From positions 7,068,001 to 7,132,000 of the forward strand of contig OZ249440.1 of assembly GCA_965235115.1 (NCBI GenBank): a stretch of DNA of 64,000 bases, written 5' to 3'. The notes under the pieces are model-generated. The model worked only from the letters and a program-made list of their open reading frames with translations. It had not been told where the DNA came from and did no database searches. Of this stretch, positions 1 through 13,306 are shown piece by piece (the first letter of the stretch is position 1; every line of letters begins with the position of its first letter). The DNA comes from Laetmonice hystrix. Its lineage: Eukaryota. The position numbers and the translations under genes were made by a program.

Positions 1-1945
1 ACGTCGTTGCCATGTCGCCGCTTTTACACGTACCATTTTACTGCCAATGCTCTACTGAGACACACGCTGGTGTGTCGTATCTGACAGGCGGCGACTCGAT
101 TCCCGCTAAACGGCCATTCTGTGCATTGACCGCCGATCTAATTCAATGGCTCCTCGCGGCGGGCCAGCAGACGACATTCAGTACACATTTGTACATTTCT
201 CACGATTACGCGCCAATCTACATGAGAAAACGACGCCGTACCGCGGGCCGACTGCCACAATCCCATGCCGAGCACTATTAAAGCGCCAATGCTCCGACAT
301 TGTCCAGAGACGAGAGAGAGTCGAAATAAATGCTAGAAGCGTCATGCATACGACGCTTGTCTCAAGACGCTTGCCCGCTCACTGATCCGTGTAACAGTTT
401 AATGGCGCCGACACTAGTGGGATTAGCGGGCAGACCGTAAATATGTGCACTCGGAATACCATGTGGACAGAAGGGTTCGACAGCCGTTTTACGGTATAGA
501 TCGTGAGGGTTACCAAAGATGGCTTCATTATGTCCGAGAACGACACAGAACGGAACCAAGACAATCTGGCCGGATGTTACTGATGTATGCCACCCACCCG
601 CTTCCTCCCTCAAGTGAACAACGCCCAAGTTCTATACAATAAACGTCGTCGACGGCACTCGTCTCAATGCTACCACCTCCCAAATGGATGTATAAATACG
701 GGTATGAATACGGGAGAGCACTGACGATAAAAGATTCATTCGAGACAGAGATAATAATTTGGAAACAACAGGAGACGAACTAACGATTATCTGAATGTAT
801 GATTCTCAACACTAAGCTCCGTGGATGGAGCTACTTCAGCGTGTAGTGGAAAGGTTCTGACTATGAAACCTTGAACGTTTTCATGCCCTGAACTAGCCAT
901 TAAACGGGAGCAGTTAGTGACCAATGGTATTGGGATTACCATTGTGCTGGCGCCGAGCGGTTTCCAGGACACTCACGTGCGTCAGTAGACTGGGATAGCA
1001 TTGTAACTAAGGAGATCCAACTGAGCAGTCCATCCCCAAGTGGCTAGCTTACACAGGGTCCTAATTATGACCGGTCACCGGGGTCAAGTTAAGATAGAGG
1101 GAGAATGCCCATGTAAATTACCGACAATCTGCATGCCATGCCACCGTTCATCATGCCCATTAAACAAGCAGCTGACGTACCCTGGGCAGCAGTTAGGTCG
1201 TTAGGCTGGCCGCTGATCGTGACTGGGCAGTGGGCAGTAAGGCAGGTCTGTGATGCCGGGCGCCGGGCGGTCAACTGGACTGGTGACCGGCAGTTAGACG
1301 AGCCGCTTTCACTTAACCTTGTGCTATTAACTCGGCACAGCTCGCAGGAATGAATCCTGGCCTCGGGAAGCCATACACCCCACGGCCGCCCCACCCACAA
1401 CGCCCCGGAACTGATCGTGTAAATGAAGCCATTCAGCTATGGAAGCGTGGACAGATATATGTAACCTAACCATTTCTATTCAACAGACCCTGGTCATTTC
1501 AGACAAGTTGACTGCATCCATATCTATCAACACTCTGATAGAGATCAGGGACGACAACTTTATAAAGGGAAGCAAAGTTCGGGGCGAGGGGTAAAAGGTA
1601 TATACATGGACAATATACACAGTTTACTCCTTACTGATCTGAAAATCACAGCTTGGCCTCCCACCAAGGTGTGGATTCGATATTACCGTTTTTATGGACC
1701 TCTCAGGGGGAAATAATGTGCAATACATGACGGAGATATGACATTTAGCTTGTCTTATGTATTTGGAGTATAAGTTACCCGCAAGCGGAAATGGACGCTC
1801 CAAACGGACTGCTAGAGTTTGTGAGGGCCACCGTCAGAGCACAGGACTCCTATGGTAGTAGTATATGGAAGTAGTCGTTTGCTGCAGGCAATCATACCTC
1901 GTGACTACTTGAAGTAGGTCACGAACGTGCGGCTTAAGGCTTTGA

Positions 1946-2208
1946 CTTGAGCCCCTTCGATTGACTCCGGATAGAACGGTCACATGGTTTATCCTGTGGC
2001 TTGAGCCTCTCCGATTGACTCCGAATAGAACGGTCACATGGTTTATCCTGTGGCTTGAGCCCCTCCGATTGACTCCGAATAGAACGGTCACATGGTTTAT
2101 CCTGTAGCTTGAGCCCCTTCGATTGACTCCGAATAGAACGGTCACATGGTTTATCCTGTGGCTTGAGCCCCTCCGATTGACTCCGAATAGAACGGTCACA
2201 TGGTTTAT
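1946..2208. repeat. Minisatellite, 54-bp unit, ~5 copies
   Basis: Unit cttgagcccctccgattgactccgaatagaacggtcacatggtttatcctgtgg; explains the 18-aa periodic ORF at 1834-2301. Confidence 0.95.
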
Positions 2209-5200
2209 GTCTGGTTCTTTCAAAGTCTTTGAAGCGTTGAACAAACGCGTGAGGATATCTAGATTATTTCCCGTTTCAGTTATGATACAATCTACCAACA
2301 CACATTAGTTGGATGATGTTATAACATTTTATGAGGGCGAGTATTACGGATGGCCATTCCACCACAGCCAGGTGGCGCTGTACCCTCGACTTAATCATCC
2401 CTTACGTAGCTCTATGCCAGATTCGTGTAAGGTGCAGGTAGGGTGGGGTGGGGGAGGGTGGTGAGGGGCGTCTTGCACCTAAGACCCCGAACCAGTTCCC
2501 CCTAATGGGTTAAGTCATTTGGAAGCTTCTTCTGTGGTCTCGCGTTAGTACGCGAGAATGACAATGAACGCAAGTTCCATTATACCTGCATGCTTGTGGT
2601 CGGCAGCGCCGGGGCCGATCACTAACAGTAGCTACGCAATTACCACAAATTGGTTTAAACTCGCTTAAACCAAGGCGAGAGTCCTCCGTGTCTTGCCGAA
2701 TCGATGCACGTCCTCAAATAAAAGCTCTTCTGTAAACAAAAGATGACACGATAGCAAAAACCTCAAAGAAAACATTAGAGTTATTAAGCGCTGAAGTGGC
2801 GTTAGCCTCGCCTGGCTTGTCCTTTATATCAGAGGTAGAGACGTGCAGCGGCGAGCTTCTATTTAAAGTCGTCTATTTGAGCTCGTGACGATGCTCATTT
2901 AAAGTGGGGAGAGGGATGGGGCAAAGCATTAAGCGTACATTAAAGGGTGTGGATTCGGCCGAACGTGCACGACGTTCCATTTAATGAGAGGATCGAAGAC
3001 ACGCGCCTGTTCTGCGCGCATTAAACCCTCTAAAAAGCTGACGCCCGCTCGATTACCTGGCTCGGTCCTGGTGGGCAAAGGATTCTTTGATGGTGAACGC
3101 CTTTTCATGGAAATGTGCAAAATGGAAGAAACGCTACAATTGACCGTCATTCTGCGTGGATTGTTGCGCGCGATGATCGCTGTTCTACCGTGCAAATTGA
3201 CACTCGCTGTTGCTAGAATTTTTACATCCATTCCGCCTGAGCGGCTCGGCCCGGAAGCTGTGCGCACTGGAAAGCGTAGTGGACCACTTTATGCATACTG
3301 ATGAACTATTAAATGGAGGAGGTTGCTTATTTAAACGGACCTCTGCTATATACCTGACGTCGGTGCTATACGCACGTCCGTCAGGCATAAATCATACACA
3401 GCCAGTCCGCTCTATAAATGAATTCCTACATTATTAGCAATTGCTTCGGGCTGTAGCAATTAGTAGAAGTAGTATGATATTGTTTCAGGTTTATTAAAAC
3501 AAGTGCGAGCATGGATGTGGAGGAGACCCTATGCATACTCATGCCCGGCCGATCCGCCGTGCATTCAGGGCCCAGCACGCCATGCTAACCACCGACCGCC
3601 CAGAAAGTCCGGACGAACACCAATTAAAACGTTCCCTGGCCGCAAATACCTATTAGCAGGCCTTTGATAGCATCGCGTTGCTCGGTTCACTGGGTTTTCC
3701 AGTCGTACGCAATCAGATTAATGAACAATATCGTCCCTAGCCCGCCGTACGATGCGCGTTTCAAGTGCCTGGGACGGTGTGGCAGTGGGCGGCGTTCATT
3801 AGAAAGCGCCCTCTACCGTCACTGGATCAGTTATACAATCGGCGCGGCCACCAACACGCATGCGCTGCAAGTGTTATTGTCAGGTACTCATCATTACGAC
3901 CTCCATTTATTCCACTCAAACTCAGGGCGTCTTAAAGAACAGTAATCGTCTTTAAAAAAAAGTGCTGAGATGGTTATGATCATTGTGTAAATTGTAATTC
4001 GCTGGAATTTGGATGGATAAACAAATATACTGCATTTTAAATATTCGTGATCACAATATAGGAAGTCCCAGATACCGAGAGAAAGGCTCAGGTCGACGCA
4101 GGTCAAATGGAAAGAGTTTTTGTGCACGGCGTATAGGAATTTCATGAAGAAATTAAACGTATCCTTATTATATAGCCTATAAGGGGATGACACTTCTAAT
4201 AGCATAAAACTGCATACCACTGACTCTAAGACATGCAAGTAGGGCCAATTAATGCTGAAAGAAACTGAATGTACTTATTTGAAGGGCAGAGCACGCCTCA
4301 AGGTAGTCCCATTGATAGATGTAGTCAGATTACAGATTTGACCTGCGCTCACATTTTCCTCAATCAAGAGCTTGGCTGCGCCCGTTAACGGCCAACCGAA
4401 ACCTTCTCCAAGTCTCGTCAGCGCCACCATTTGGTCACGCGAGTGGCGTATAAATCCACGAGTCAAACGAGCTCAGTCCATAACTTCCGGCGTAATTAAT
4501 CCAACTCGAGTCTGCTCGGATCGGACACAAGCCGAGCAGGTGATGATAGACCGTCAAACTGTGATAGCGACAGGTGGATGTGTCTTTATGGTGGTGTTAG
4601 CGGCCCATTTACTGGCCAAGTCGACACGACTACTCATTCGGGCTGGCAGCCTTAATGACCGAAGAACTCACTTCAAACAGGACCCTAGCACCGCCTTCCG
4701 CCGACAGTAAATAGCTCCAATTGGCCGACGACCGAATGTCGAGCGAGAACTTAGCAAGGGCACGACATTCTGTCGCGAGCCTGATTGCCAAGAAAACGTT
4801 TTAGCGTGACATTCGCAATATCTTTTTGGAGCACTTGTGTGGGCCTGAGAAGGATGGACGAGCAGACTGGAGTGCCCGGGTTTGGTCTGTATAGAGGCTA
4901 GTTTCCGAGAGATAACGGATATCATGGGGTCTATAGGACAAGCAAGGAATGGGGCCTTCCTTTGGGGTCACGGTCACATACTGGTCTCAAATAACATCAG
5001 TATCTCTCACTTTATAGCATCTATTATCGTAATATCTACAGATATGTGCATGTATAAGGTTGTCAATACGTGTAGAGGCTTCATCCACCTCAAACCCTGC
5101 AGACAACCTGGCACCACAAACATATCCTCCACACGCCACGTTCTAGGACTATCGATCTTAAGTCAGGCACACGTTTCTTCCTTGAAAATGATCCGTAACG

Positions 5201-5724
5201 GATAACCCCCAGTTCCCCCATCTACTCCTCGGCAGACCCGTCGCGGTCACTTTGCAAGTAGTCTATGGAAATGTGAGTTGGTTAAGTGAGGCTAAGGTCG
5301 CAGTCCGCCTGTCCTGAAGGGCAGTGCCTGAACAACCTTAATATGCAACGTTAATCGATCGTAGCCAGGTAAGATCAATTACAAGGATGTCGGGTGGGAG
5401 CGGACAGGGTCGGTCGGTAACGGACAGGGCCGGTCGGAGGAGGACAGGGCCGGACAGCGGCGGCGGACCGAGGGTTGGCGGATCCCGGGGGAGGGCGCTA
5501 GAGGTCCGCCCTCCCCGTCCTACCACCTACATCGATCGGCTATCCATTAGCCGCGACGTTTAATCGTTATCGCCGGGATGCGATAATTTGAGCTATACAC
5601 AGATATCGAGAGGGATCGATGGTGTGTGCCGTGTAACTGAGGAGTGTGTGTGTGATGGACGTCTGTGGTTCAAAGGTCAGCATTGAGAGTGGACACGGTC
5701 CCGGCCGGGGGTCGCCGCTCAGAT

Positions 5725-6144
5725 ACAAACCTCCACTTGTAAACAGAGTCTGGCAGGTAGCACTTTAAGGTTTATAAACAAACCTCGACTTCTAAACGGA
5801 GTCTGGCAGGTAGCACTTTAAGGTTTATAAACAAACCTCGACTTCTAAACGGAGTCTGGCAGGTAGCACTTTAAGGTTTATAAACAAACCTCGACTTCTA
5901 AACGGAGTCTGGCAGGTAGCACTTTAAGGTTTATAAACAAACCTCGACTTCTAAACGGAGTCTGGCAGGTAGCACTTTAAGGTTTATAAACAAACCTCCA
6001 CTTCTATACGGAGTCTGGCAGGTAGCACTTTAAGGTTTATAAACAAACCTCCACTTCTATACGGAGTCTGGCAGGTAGCACTTTAAGGTTTATAAACAAA
6101 CCTCCACTTATAAACGGAGTCTGGCAGGTAGCACTTTAAGGTTT
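5725..6144. repeat. Minisatellite, 53-bp unit, ~8 copies
   Basis: Unit acaaacctcgacttctaaacggagtctggcaggtagcactttaaggtttataa. Confidence 0.95.
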
Positions 6145-6750
6145 CTGAAGTTAGAATCACCAGATAAACCAAATGTGATGAGGGGGTAAAGTCGAAAAGA
6201 TGAAAGTGATTGTAACCATCTGCCTTCCCTATTATAACTCATACATACATCTAAATGGATGGGTAGGGGTAAGTCGTACAGCACTGACTGCATACATCAC
6301 AGTCATATAGTTAACATGAGGGCCATAGAGAGATTGAGCGCCAGCAAATAACACGTGCTCCATGCAGAACAATGATCCATGTTTAAATAACCCCGGCCGA
6401 CAAGTGATTGTTATAGAGAGGTCATTATCGAGGAGGGACCGGTACAAATGGTGCATGGGTGTCCGTGTGTTCGTGAGACTGGCCATCCGGTGGACGGGGG
6501 TCAGTGGACAGACTGGTCAGCTCAACCGTCCGGCAACTGTCAGCGAGCCGGGAAACTGCCGTGTGATGGATGACTGGACCAGGAGATGGCTGGCGGCCGG
6601 GCGGCGGCCGGACACCGGTTGTGGAGACCGGGCTCACCTGGCCCGGGGCCCGTCTACAATATACGGACAGTGTCCCGGGGACTACCGGCCGCTCCCCGCC
6701 CTCGACGGTCAATGAACAATTCACTGACCCAGCCGGCGCCCTGTGCGGAA

Positions 6751-7661
6751 ACCTGTCCACTATACGTACCGTAACTCACCGCCGGCCGGGCTCCAGGCAT
6801 GACACCTCTCCCAGACCTGTTGGTACAAACGATCCAAGTGTACCTGTCCACTATACGTACCGTAACTCACCGCCGGCCGGGCTCCAGGCATGGCACCTCT
6901 CCCAGACCTGTTGGTACAAACGATCCAAGTGTACCTGTCCACTATACGTACCGTAACTCACCGCCGGCCGGGCACCAGGCATGGCACCTCTCCCAGATCT
7001 GTTGGTACAAACGATCCAAGTGTACCTGTCCACTATACATACCGTAACTCACCGCCGGCCGGGCACCAGGCATGGACACCTCTCCCAGACCTGTTGGTAC
7101 AAACGATCCAAGTGTACCTGTCCACTATACGTACCGTAACTCACCGCCGGCCGGGCTCCAGGCATGGCACCTCTCCCAGACCTGTTGGTACAAACGATCC
7201 AAGTGTACCTGTCCACTATACATACCGTAACTCACCGCCGGCCGGGCACCAGGCATGGCACCTCTCCCAGACCTGTTGGTACAAACGATCCAAGTGTACC
7301 TGTCCACTATACGTACCGTAACTCACCGCCGGCCGGGCACCAGGCATGGCACCTCTCCCAGACCTGTTGGTACAAACGATCCAAGTGTACCTGTCCACTA
7401 TACGTACCGTAACTCACCGCCGGCCGGGCACCAGGCATGGCACCTCTCCCAGACCTGTTGGTACAAACGATCCAAGTGTACCTGTCCACTATACGTACCG
7501 TAACTCACCGCCGGCCGGGCACCAGGCATGGCACCTCTCCCAGATCTGTTGGTACAAACGATCCAAGTGTACCTGTCCACTATACATACCGTAACTCACC
7601 GCCGGCCGGGCACCAGGCATGGCACCTCTCCCAGATCTGTTGGTACAAACGATCCAAGTGT
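6751..7661. repeat. Minisatellite, 91-bp unit, 10 copies
   Basis: Unit acctgtccactatacgtaccgtaactcaccgccggccgggctccaggcatggcacctctcccagacctgttggtacaaacgatccaagtgt; track ORFs recur every 91 bp. Confidence 0.97.
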
Positions 7662-7681
7662 GATACAGTCAGGTCACTAAA

Positions 7682-7899
7682 GGCCTAGGCACACATGGGC
7701 GTCAAGCGGCAAGCGTCGAGCGTCAAGCGTCATTTTGAAAATGACGCTCTGAATGCTCAGTATGGAAGCGTTGTTTTTTGACCCGCCGCCCATATGTGAA
7801 CGGTGTAATAGAAAACCATACTGAGCATTCAGAGCGTCATTTTCAAAATGACGCTTGACGCTCGACGCTTGCCGCTTGACGCCTATGTGTGTCTAGGCC
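7682..7899. mobile_element. MITE with 84-bp TIRs, TTAA-type flanks (Kolobok-like)
   Basis: TIRs 7682-7765 and 7816-7899 differ at 2 positions, with a 50-bp spacer. Flanks are TAAA (7678-7681) and TTAA (7900-7903), and termini are GG...CC. Confidence 0.85.
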
Positions 7900-8300
7900 T
7901 TAATACCTCATGGTCCACAATCTGCTCCCGGAGTCCTGACTGACCAGTGATGGAGTGTGGACTGTGTCAGATACATGGTGGCTCTGTGTCTTCTTCAATT
8001 CTTCAATTCACCAGAACTTCCTTTCTTCCTTTCTCCCTTTCCCTATAGATCCAAAACTCGAGGTATATCTTTACATGTAATGGGTTCGGGCCTATCTTTT
8101 AAGAGGGAATTGTTGAAGATATGTCTACATATTCTATGGGTTTCATTGCTATTCCGACTGTGCCCTCTTTATTCCTGTAGTTTTACAATTATAGAACCTG
8201 GCGTGAAACCTCTGATTGAAAGTTTTACAAAACAAGATCAAACCTCCCAAAGATCTAAAGTGTTGAACATCCGGGCCCTGGACTCTGGATATAGTGATCC

Positions 8301-8968
8301 TGCACACTGACGGTCACTGCACACTGACGGTCACTGCGCGCTGATGGTCACTGCACACTAACGGTCACTGCACACTGACGGTCACTGCACACTGACGGTC
8401 ACTGCACACTGACGGTCACTGCACACTGACGGTCACTGCACGCTGACGGTCACTGCACACTGGCGGTCACTGCACACTGACGGTCACTGCGCACTGATGG
8501 TCACTGCACACTGACGGTCACTGCACACTGACGGTCACTGCGCACTGATGGTCACTGCACACTGACGGTCACTGCACACTGACGGTCACTGCGCACTGAT
8601 GGTCACTGCACACTGACGGTCACTGCACACTGACGGTCACTGCACACTGACGGTCACTGCGCACTGACGGTCACTGCGCACTGACGGTCACTGCGCACTG
8701 ACGGTCACTGCGCACTGACGGTCACTGCACACTGACGGTCACTGCACACTGACGGTCACTGCACACTGACGGTCACAGCACACTGACGGTCACTGCACAC
8801 TGACGGTCACTGCACGCTGACGGTCACTGCGCACTGACGGTCACTGCGCACTGACGGTCACTGCGCACTGACGGTCACTGCACACTGACGGTCACTGCAC
8901 ACTGAAGGTCACTGCACACTGATGGTCACTGCACATTGACGGTCACTGCACACTGATGGTCACTGCAC
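8301..8968. repeat. Minisatellite, 17-bp unit (tgcacactgacggtcac), ~39 copies
   Basis: Directly visible tandem array. Confidence 0.97.
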
Positions 8969-9368
8969 CTTGACCCTGGTCCGGGTGAGTCGACCCCCTT
9001 TCCCCGACAAGAACGCCACACTCCATACCTAATGGTCCAATCAATGCTAACGAGACAAATACTTGGCGCTATACCTTGATCCAGTTGGAGGTTGCCGATA
9101 ATGCCACAGTAATCGGGTCGACACAAGGAAATAAAGAATTGGATTAAAGACTCAATGAATTTCCACTAAATCTGAGGTGATTAACGATAGAAACCGACAG
9201 GGTTCGGTGGGCCCGAGTGACCCTCTGTCTGTCTCACTGTTAGACCTTCGGAGTCGATGTAATTAGTCCAACATGAAAGGATATCTATACCAGTGTCCGT
9301 GTGTCTCCTACCAGTTCATCTGGTCGTCAGAGTACAGAGTAAAGGGAGAACTATTGAGAAACATTTGA

Positions 9369-9672
9369 AAGAGAGAAAGCAAGAGACAGAGGGAGAGAGG
9401 AGAGACAGAGGGNNNNNNNNNNNNNNNNNNNNNNNNNNNNNNNNNNNNNNNNNNNNNNNNNNNNNNNNNNNNNNNNNNNNNNNNNNNNNNNNNNNNNNNN
9501 NNNNNNNNNNNNNNNNNNNNNNNNNNNNNNNNNNNNNNNNNNNNNACACAGGGACAAACACAGAGAGACACAGAGACAGACACAGACACAGACACAGACA
9601 GACACAGAGACAGAGACAGACACAAACACAGAGACAGACACAGACACAGACAGACAGACAGACAGACAGAGA
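9369..9672. repeat. GA/GACA microsatellite tract spanning an assembly gap (N 9413-9545)
   Basis: AG/AC-rich simple repeats on both sides of the N run. Confidence 0.9.
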
Positions 9673-9835
9673 GCGAGGGGGGGGATTGTCAGAGTATAAC
9701 CTGTCGAGAGAAAGGGCAGTGTATGAACTTTCCTTAGATTGGATAACCAACAGAGATTGTAAGCCACGCCTTTTGTTAAACTCCTCCAAGAACAACGGAA
9801 TGCGACGTTATATAGTAGAATTGAACCCCTCTAGG

Positions 9836-9907
9836 ACGGCTGATTTTGAGATACGGCCGATTTTTCTCCATATGGAGAAGAATCGGCCGTATCTCCAAAT
9901 CGGCCGT
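9836..9907. repeat. 72-bp near-perfect loopless palindrome
   Basis: 36-bp arms centred on CCAT|ATGG (9871/9872), with two G-T wobbles and one mismatch. Confidence 0.9.
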
Positions 9908-12900
9908 AAACTGGTCTGTGTATCAGGGCCTATACACTAATAAATATAAAGTTATTTCTTTACTTATTAATGTTCCTATCTTGTTTAATTTAGCGGTTAT
10001 TATTTTCGAGTTACTCAGAAGGAAGTGGATTCGGTCGTGCCGTACTGTAAGTAGGGTGTGAGGGTAGAAAGCTGCCCACTTGGCAGTATCGTTCATTGCA
10101 CCAGGTATTGACAGCCCAGCCAGTCGACCGACAGCGGCCCCCATTTGGCCCCCGGCTGGATCAGTTAAAACCAAGCTAACAACCCAAGGCTGTCTCTAAT
10201 AGGTCAGTGGCCGACAGCCGCGGCCGGCAGCGCCACTAATCACTCTCGCAGTCGTTTAATACACATCTCCGGCCATCATTATCTGGTGCAGAGTTGACAT
10301 TAATTATTTTTAATTGATTGCCGATCATTGGAACACGGATTTGATCGTGTACGGTTATTGTAACCAGTCCTGGAGCTATGCCTCAGGTGGACGGGCGTTG
10401 ATTGGTCGGTGTGGGTCGAGTGGTCGTTAGGTGGACACCAGTTACTCACTACCTGAAGGGTACTCACAAACACTCCTATTATGTGGCTACAAGAGGGGCA
10501 AACTTGGCGAATATGGCAGTTAAGTCTAATGGCTTCAAGTCAAAATGGTCCCTGAGTCGAGATACAAAGTCTGTATCATATCTTTTCATTATTTGGAGTT
10601 TGATCCTCATTCCCCCTAGTGATACAGAATGTAGGTTTGTTGATGGGTCGATTAGTTGGTTGGTTGGTAGGACTAAGGCAAGGAAGTTCCAAATACTCAT
10701 AACAAGAAGACTAATATCTTGGTCAATACAATATTTTAATTAAAGCCAGTGTAGCTACACGCCAAATGATGGATACGCATACCAAGCACTGAAACGCCAA
10801 GTTGTATCGTGCTCTGCTACAATTCTAGCACACTTTGTACAAATTCTGAAAAATCTTTATAATATATACAGAGTTTGGGTGAATAAATGAACCTTTGCAA
10901 ACACTGGCTCTAGCCAAGTACAATACTTAGAGTCCTTACAGAGATAATAACATGTACGTGGTGTAGTTGACAAAGCTTGATGAATGTGACGCTAGGTTAG
11001 TGGATAGGTGAAGGTTGAAAGGTCGGCTGACAGCGCCACCTGGTATAATGTATTTAAAACTACAACACAAGTCTGACTAGGTTTGTGACACACTCATCGT
11101 CGGAGAGGGTCGAGATCACAATGAACGAAACTAAGTTTGAATATTCTTAAACAGGAATGGATTGTACAAACAAAAGCTGAGGTAAATTAAACTAACCCAT
11201 ATTAAACTAATAAATGCAGGAAATAAAAAGTTTGAAATATCAGGTGCCCGAGGTTGGCGGGTTAAGCCTATGTAGAAAGTTACTCGTGGAGTAGGCCATA
11301 TAGTGTCCGGGTGGCACGTGTTGGCCAGCGTGTGAGTATCCCAAACACCCTGCCATGCAAACACTCTGACACGTATATCTCATCATGTGTCGTCAATTGT
11401 CAGTAAATAGACGAAGGCCGAACAGCGCTTTACTTGCTGACCTTCCCTAGCCTCGTCACGTGACGCCGAGCGGAGAGCGTGATTGGCTGGCGAGGCTGGC
11501 GTTTATTGACGGTAAGAGTCCGTCAAATTGAGCTGCGTCTGTTCGCACGCAGGCGATACTCGATGAGCCTTGGACGCGCTAATTCCGGCCAGTCACGACG
11601 ACGCTCGTACGTAATTACCGTGCAAGGACGACTAGTCATATTGAGCAGGGCAGTCCACGGTTATCTCTCCACAAAGACCGATAATCACGTTTCATTGCTT
11701 GAAATAAAATAGATATTATGAGGTCCCAAAAGAACGCGAGTCAGTCAGTCAGTAGCGTTTCAGAGTTAATACAATTAGCGTTGGATTCTTGATCACTGAG
11801 ACTGCTCCTATTTAACATGTATTTATGAGATTCTGAGGACTTTCAATATTGGGATCAAAACGGTACGGAAACGAGACGGATGCGGACTGTAACCAGTGCT
11901 GATTGGCTACAATCGCCGGGCGCCAGGTGCTTCGATCGCCCTGCTGGAGTATGATCATTGAGGTTCAAGGCTACGATATTAGTTGGACGGCCAGAACTAA
12001 AACAACTTCAGTAACTGAGGGCTGCCTTTATCAGTTTCAATAGAGAGTGGGGTTGTTGGCTGTAACACAAGTTGTGGATCTATATGTACATATCGATCAG
12101 ATCAAACACTCAGCGAAATGATGTCCACTTATTCCTCCTATTTTTATACATGTTATAACTTCGTATTTTCCTCATGGTCTGATACGGATATATTTAATAT
12201 TTCACCAGTTGTTTTAGCAAACACGTGTGTGTGAACTGTAACGTGCCCTAGAACAGTTTAACGTCTGTGTTTGAGAGTTTATCAGATGTATGATGTATCC
12301 CAGCATGCCTCGTTCGCAGCTGGTCACATGACCCGGGAGATGCGAGCAGTATTTGCCTGTTCATACAGTGAACTCTTTGTGACGGCAAGTTCTGTGTCAG
12401 ATCGCCACACCACGTGACTGCCGCCTCGGCTCTGGTATAGTCGTGCATGGACTCTTAGCGTGAAATAGCGAGATCATCTTTCACGGGGATAACCTCGATG
12501 GCCAGGGCACATCTTTCTTTTGAGAACTCACGCCCCCTTCCCTGCCTCTCACTCCCCCATGCACCCTGCATTCCGTTTCTTTCCGCGGGAGACCTAAAGT
12601 ACTAAAAGCCATGAAGACAATGTGAAATGGTACGCTGAAACCTGTTGGGGAGATGGCCATCGGATAGCCTTCATGTGGAGACCATATCTTCTGCTCGCTG
12701 GGCGCGTTGATTGAACCAATCGGCCTTTACTTCCGCCTAACAGCACAACTTCACAGAATGTATCCCGCCGCTGGCCTACAGCAAAACAAACGACAGGACT
12801 GACCTAATTACACTCAGTCAGCGCACCCCTCGACAGGGGCCATGCTAGCCCCTACCTGGTATCTCAATAGGGGCACGATTCGGCTCCTTCTCACAGGGAG

Positions 12901-13306
12901 TTATCTAAAGCGCCGAAAGATGGTTGTTTCTTTAGATGTTGACATTTGAAATGTCAAGTCCATCAAAGGTACCCTCGTAGTTTTAGAACGTCCTTTTAGT
13001 AATAACTGCCAGTGACAAAGACATGAACAGGGGACCTGATAAAACCTGGTGCATGTTGTGACTCTCCATGTACAGTTAGACATTGATAGAGGACTAATAT
13101 ATTGTGCCTTCATCTCATTAGAAAGTTGTACATGTACATGTTGTTTTATGCAATGGGAAACCAACACTCACTGTAGGATATAAAATGTCTAGACAAATCT
13201 ATGTAACAGCAGTCCACAATGGAGTAGGCCTATTGAGCGTCGAGTAATGATTAAGCACGACTAGCTAGGTGATAATAACACAGAAACACACGGTGAAGTC
13301 CTACAG

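Noticed and set aside
6751-7661. Tandem mini-exons in the 91-bp array (each unit has G|GTGAGT on minus)
   Set aside because: There is no polypyrimidine acceptor, the implied introns would be under 30 nt, and the array lies 5.6 kb past the NK7 stop.
12193-12198. NK7 poly(A) signal (ATTAAA on minus)
   Set aside because: A single variant hexamer in AT-rich DNA; the 3' end cannot be placed without transcript data.
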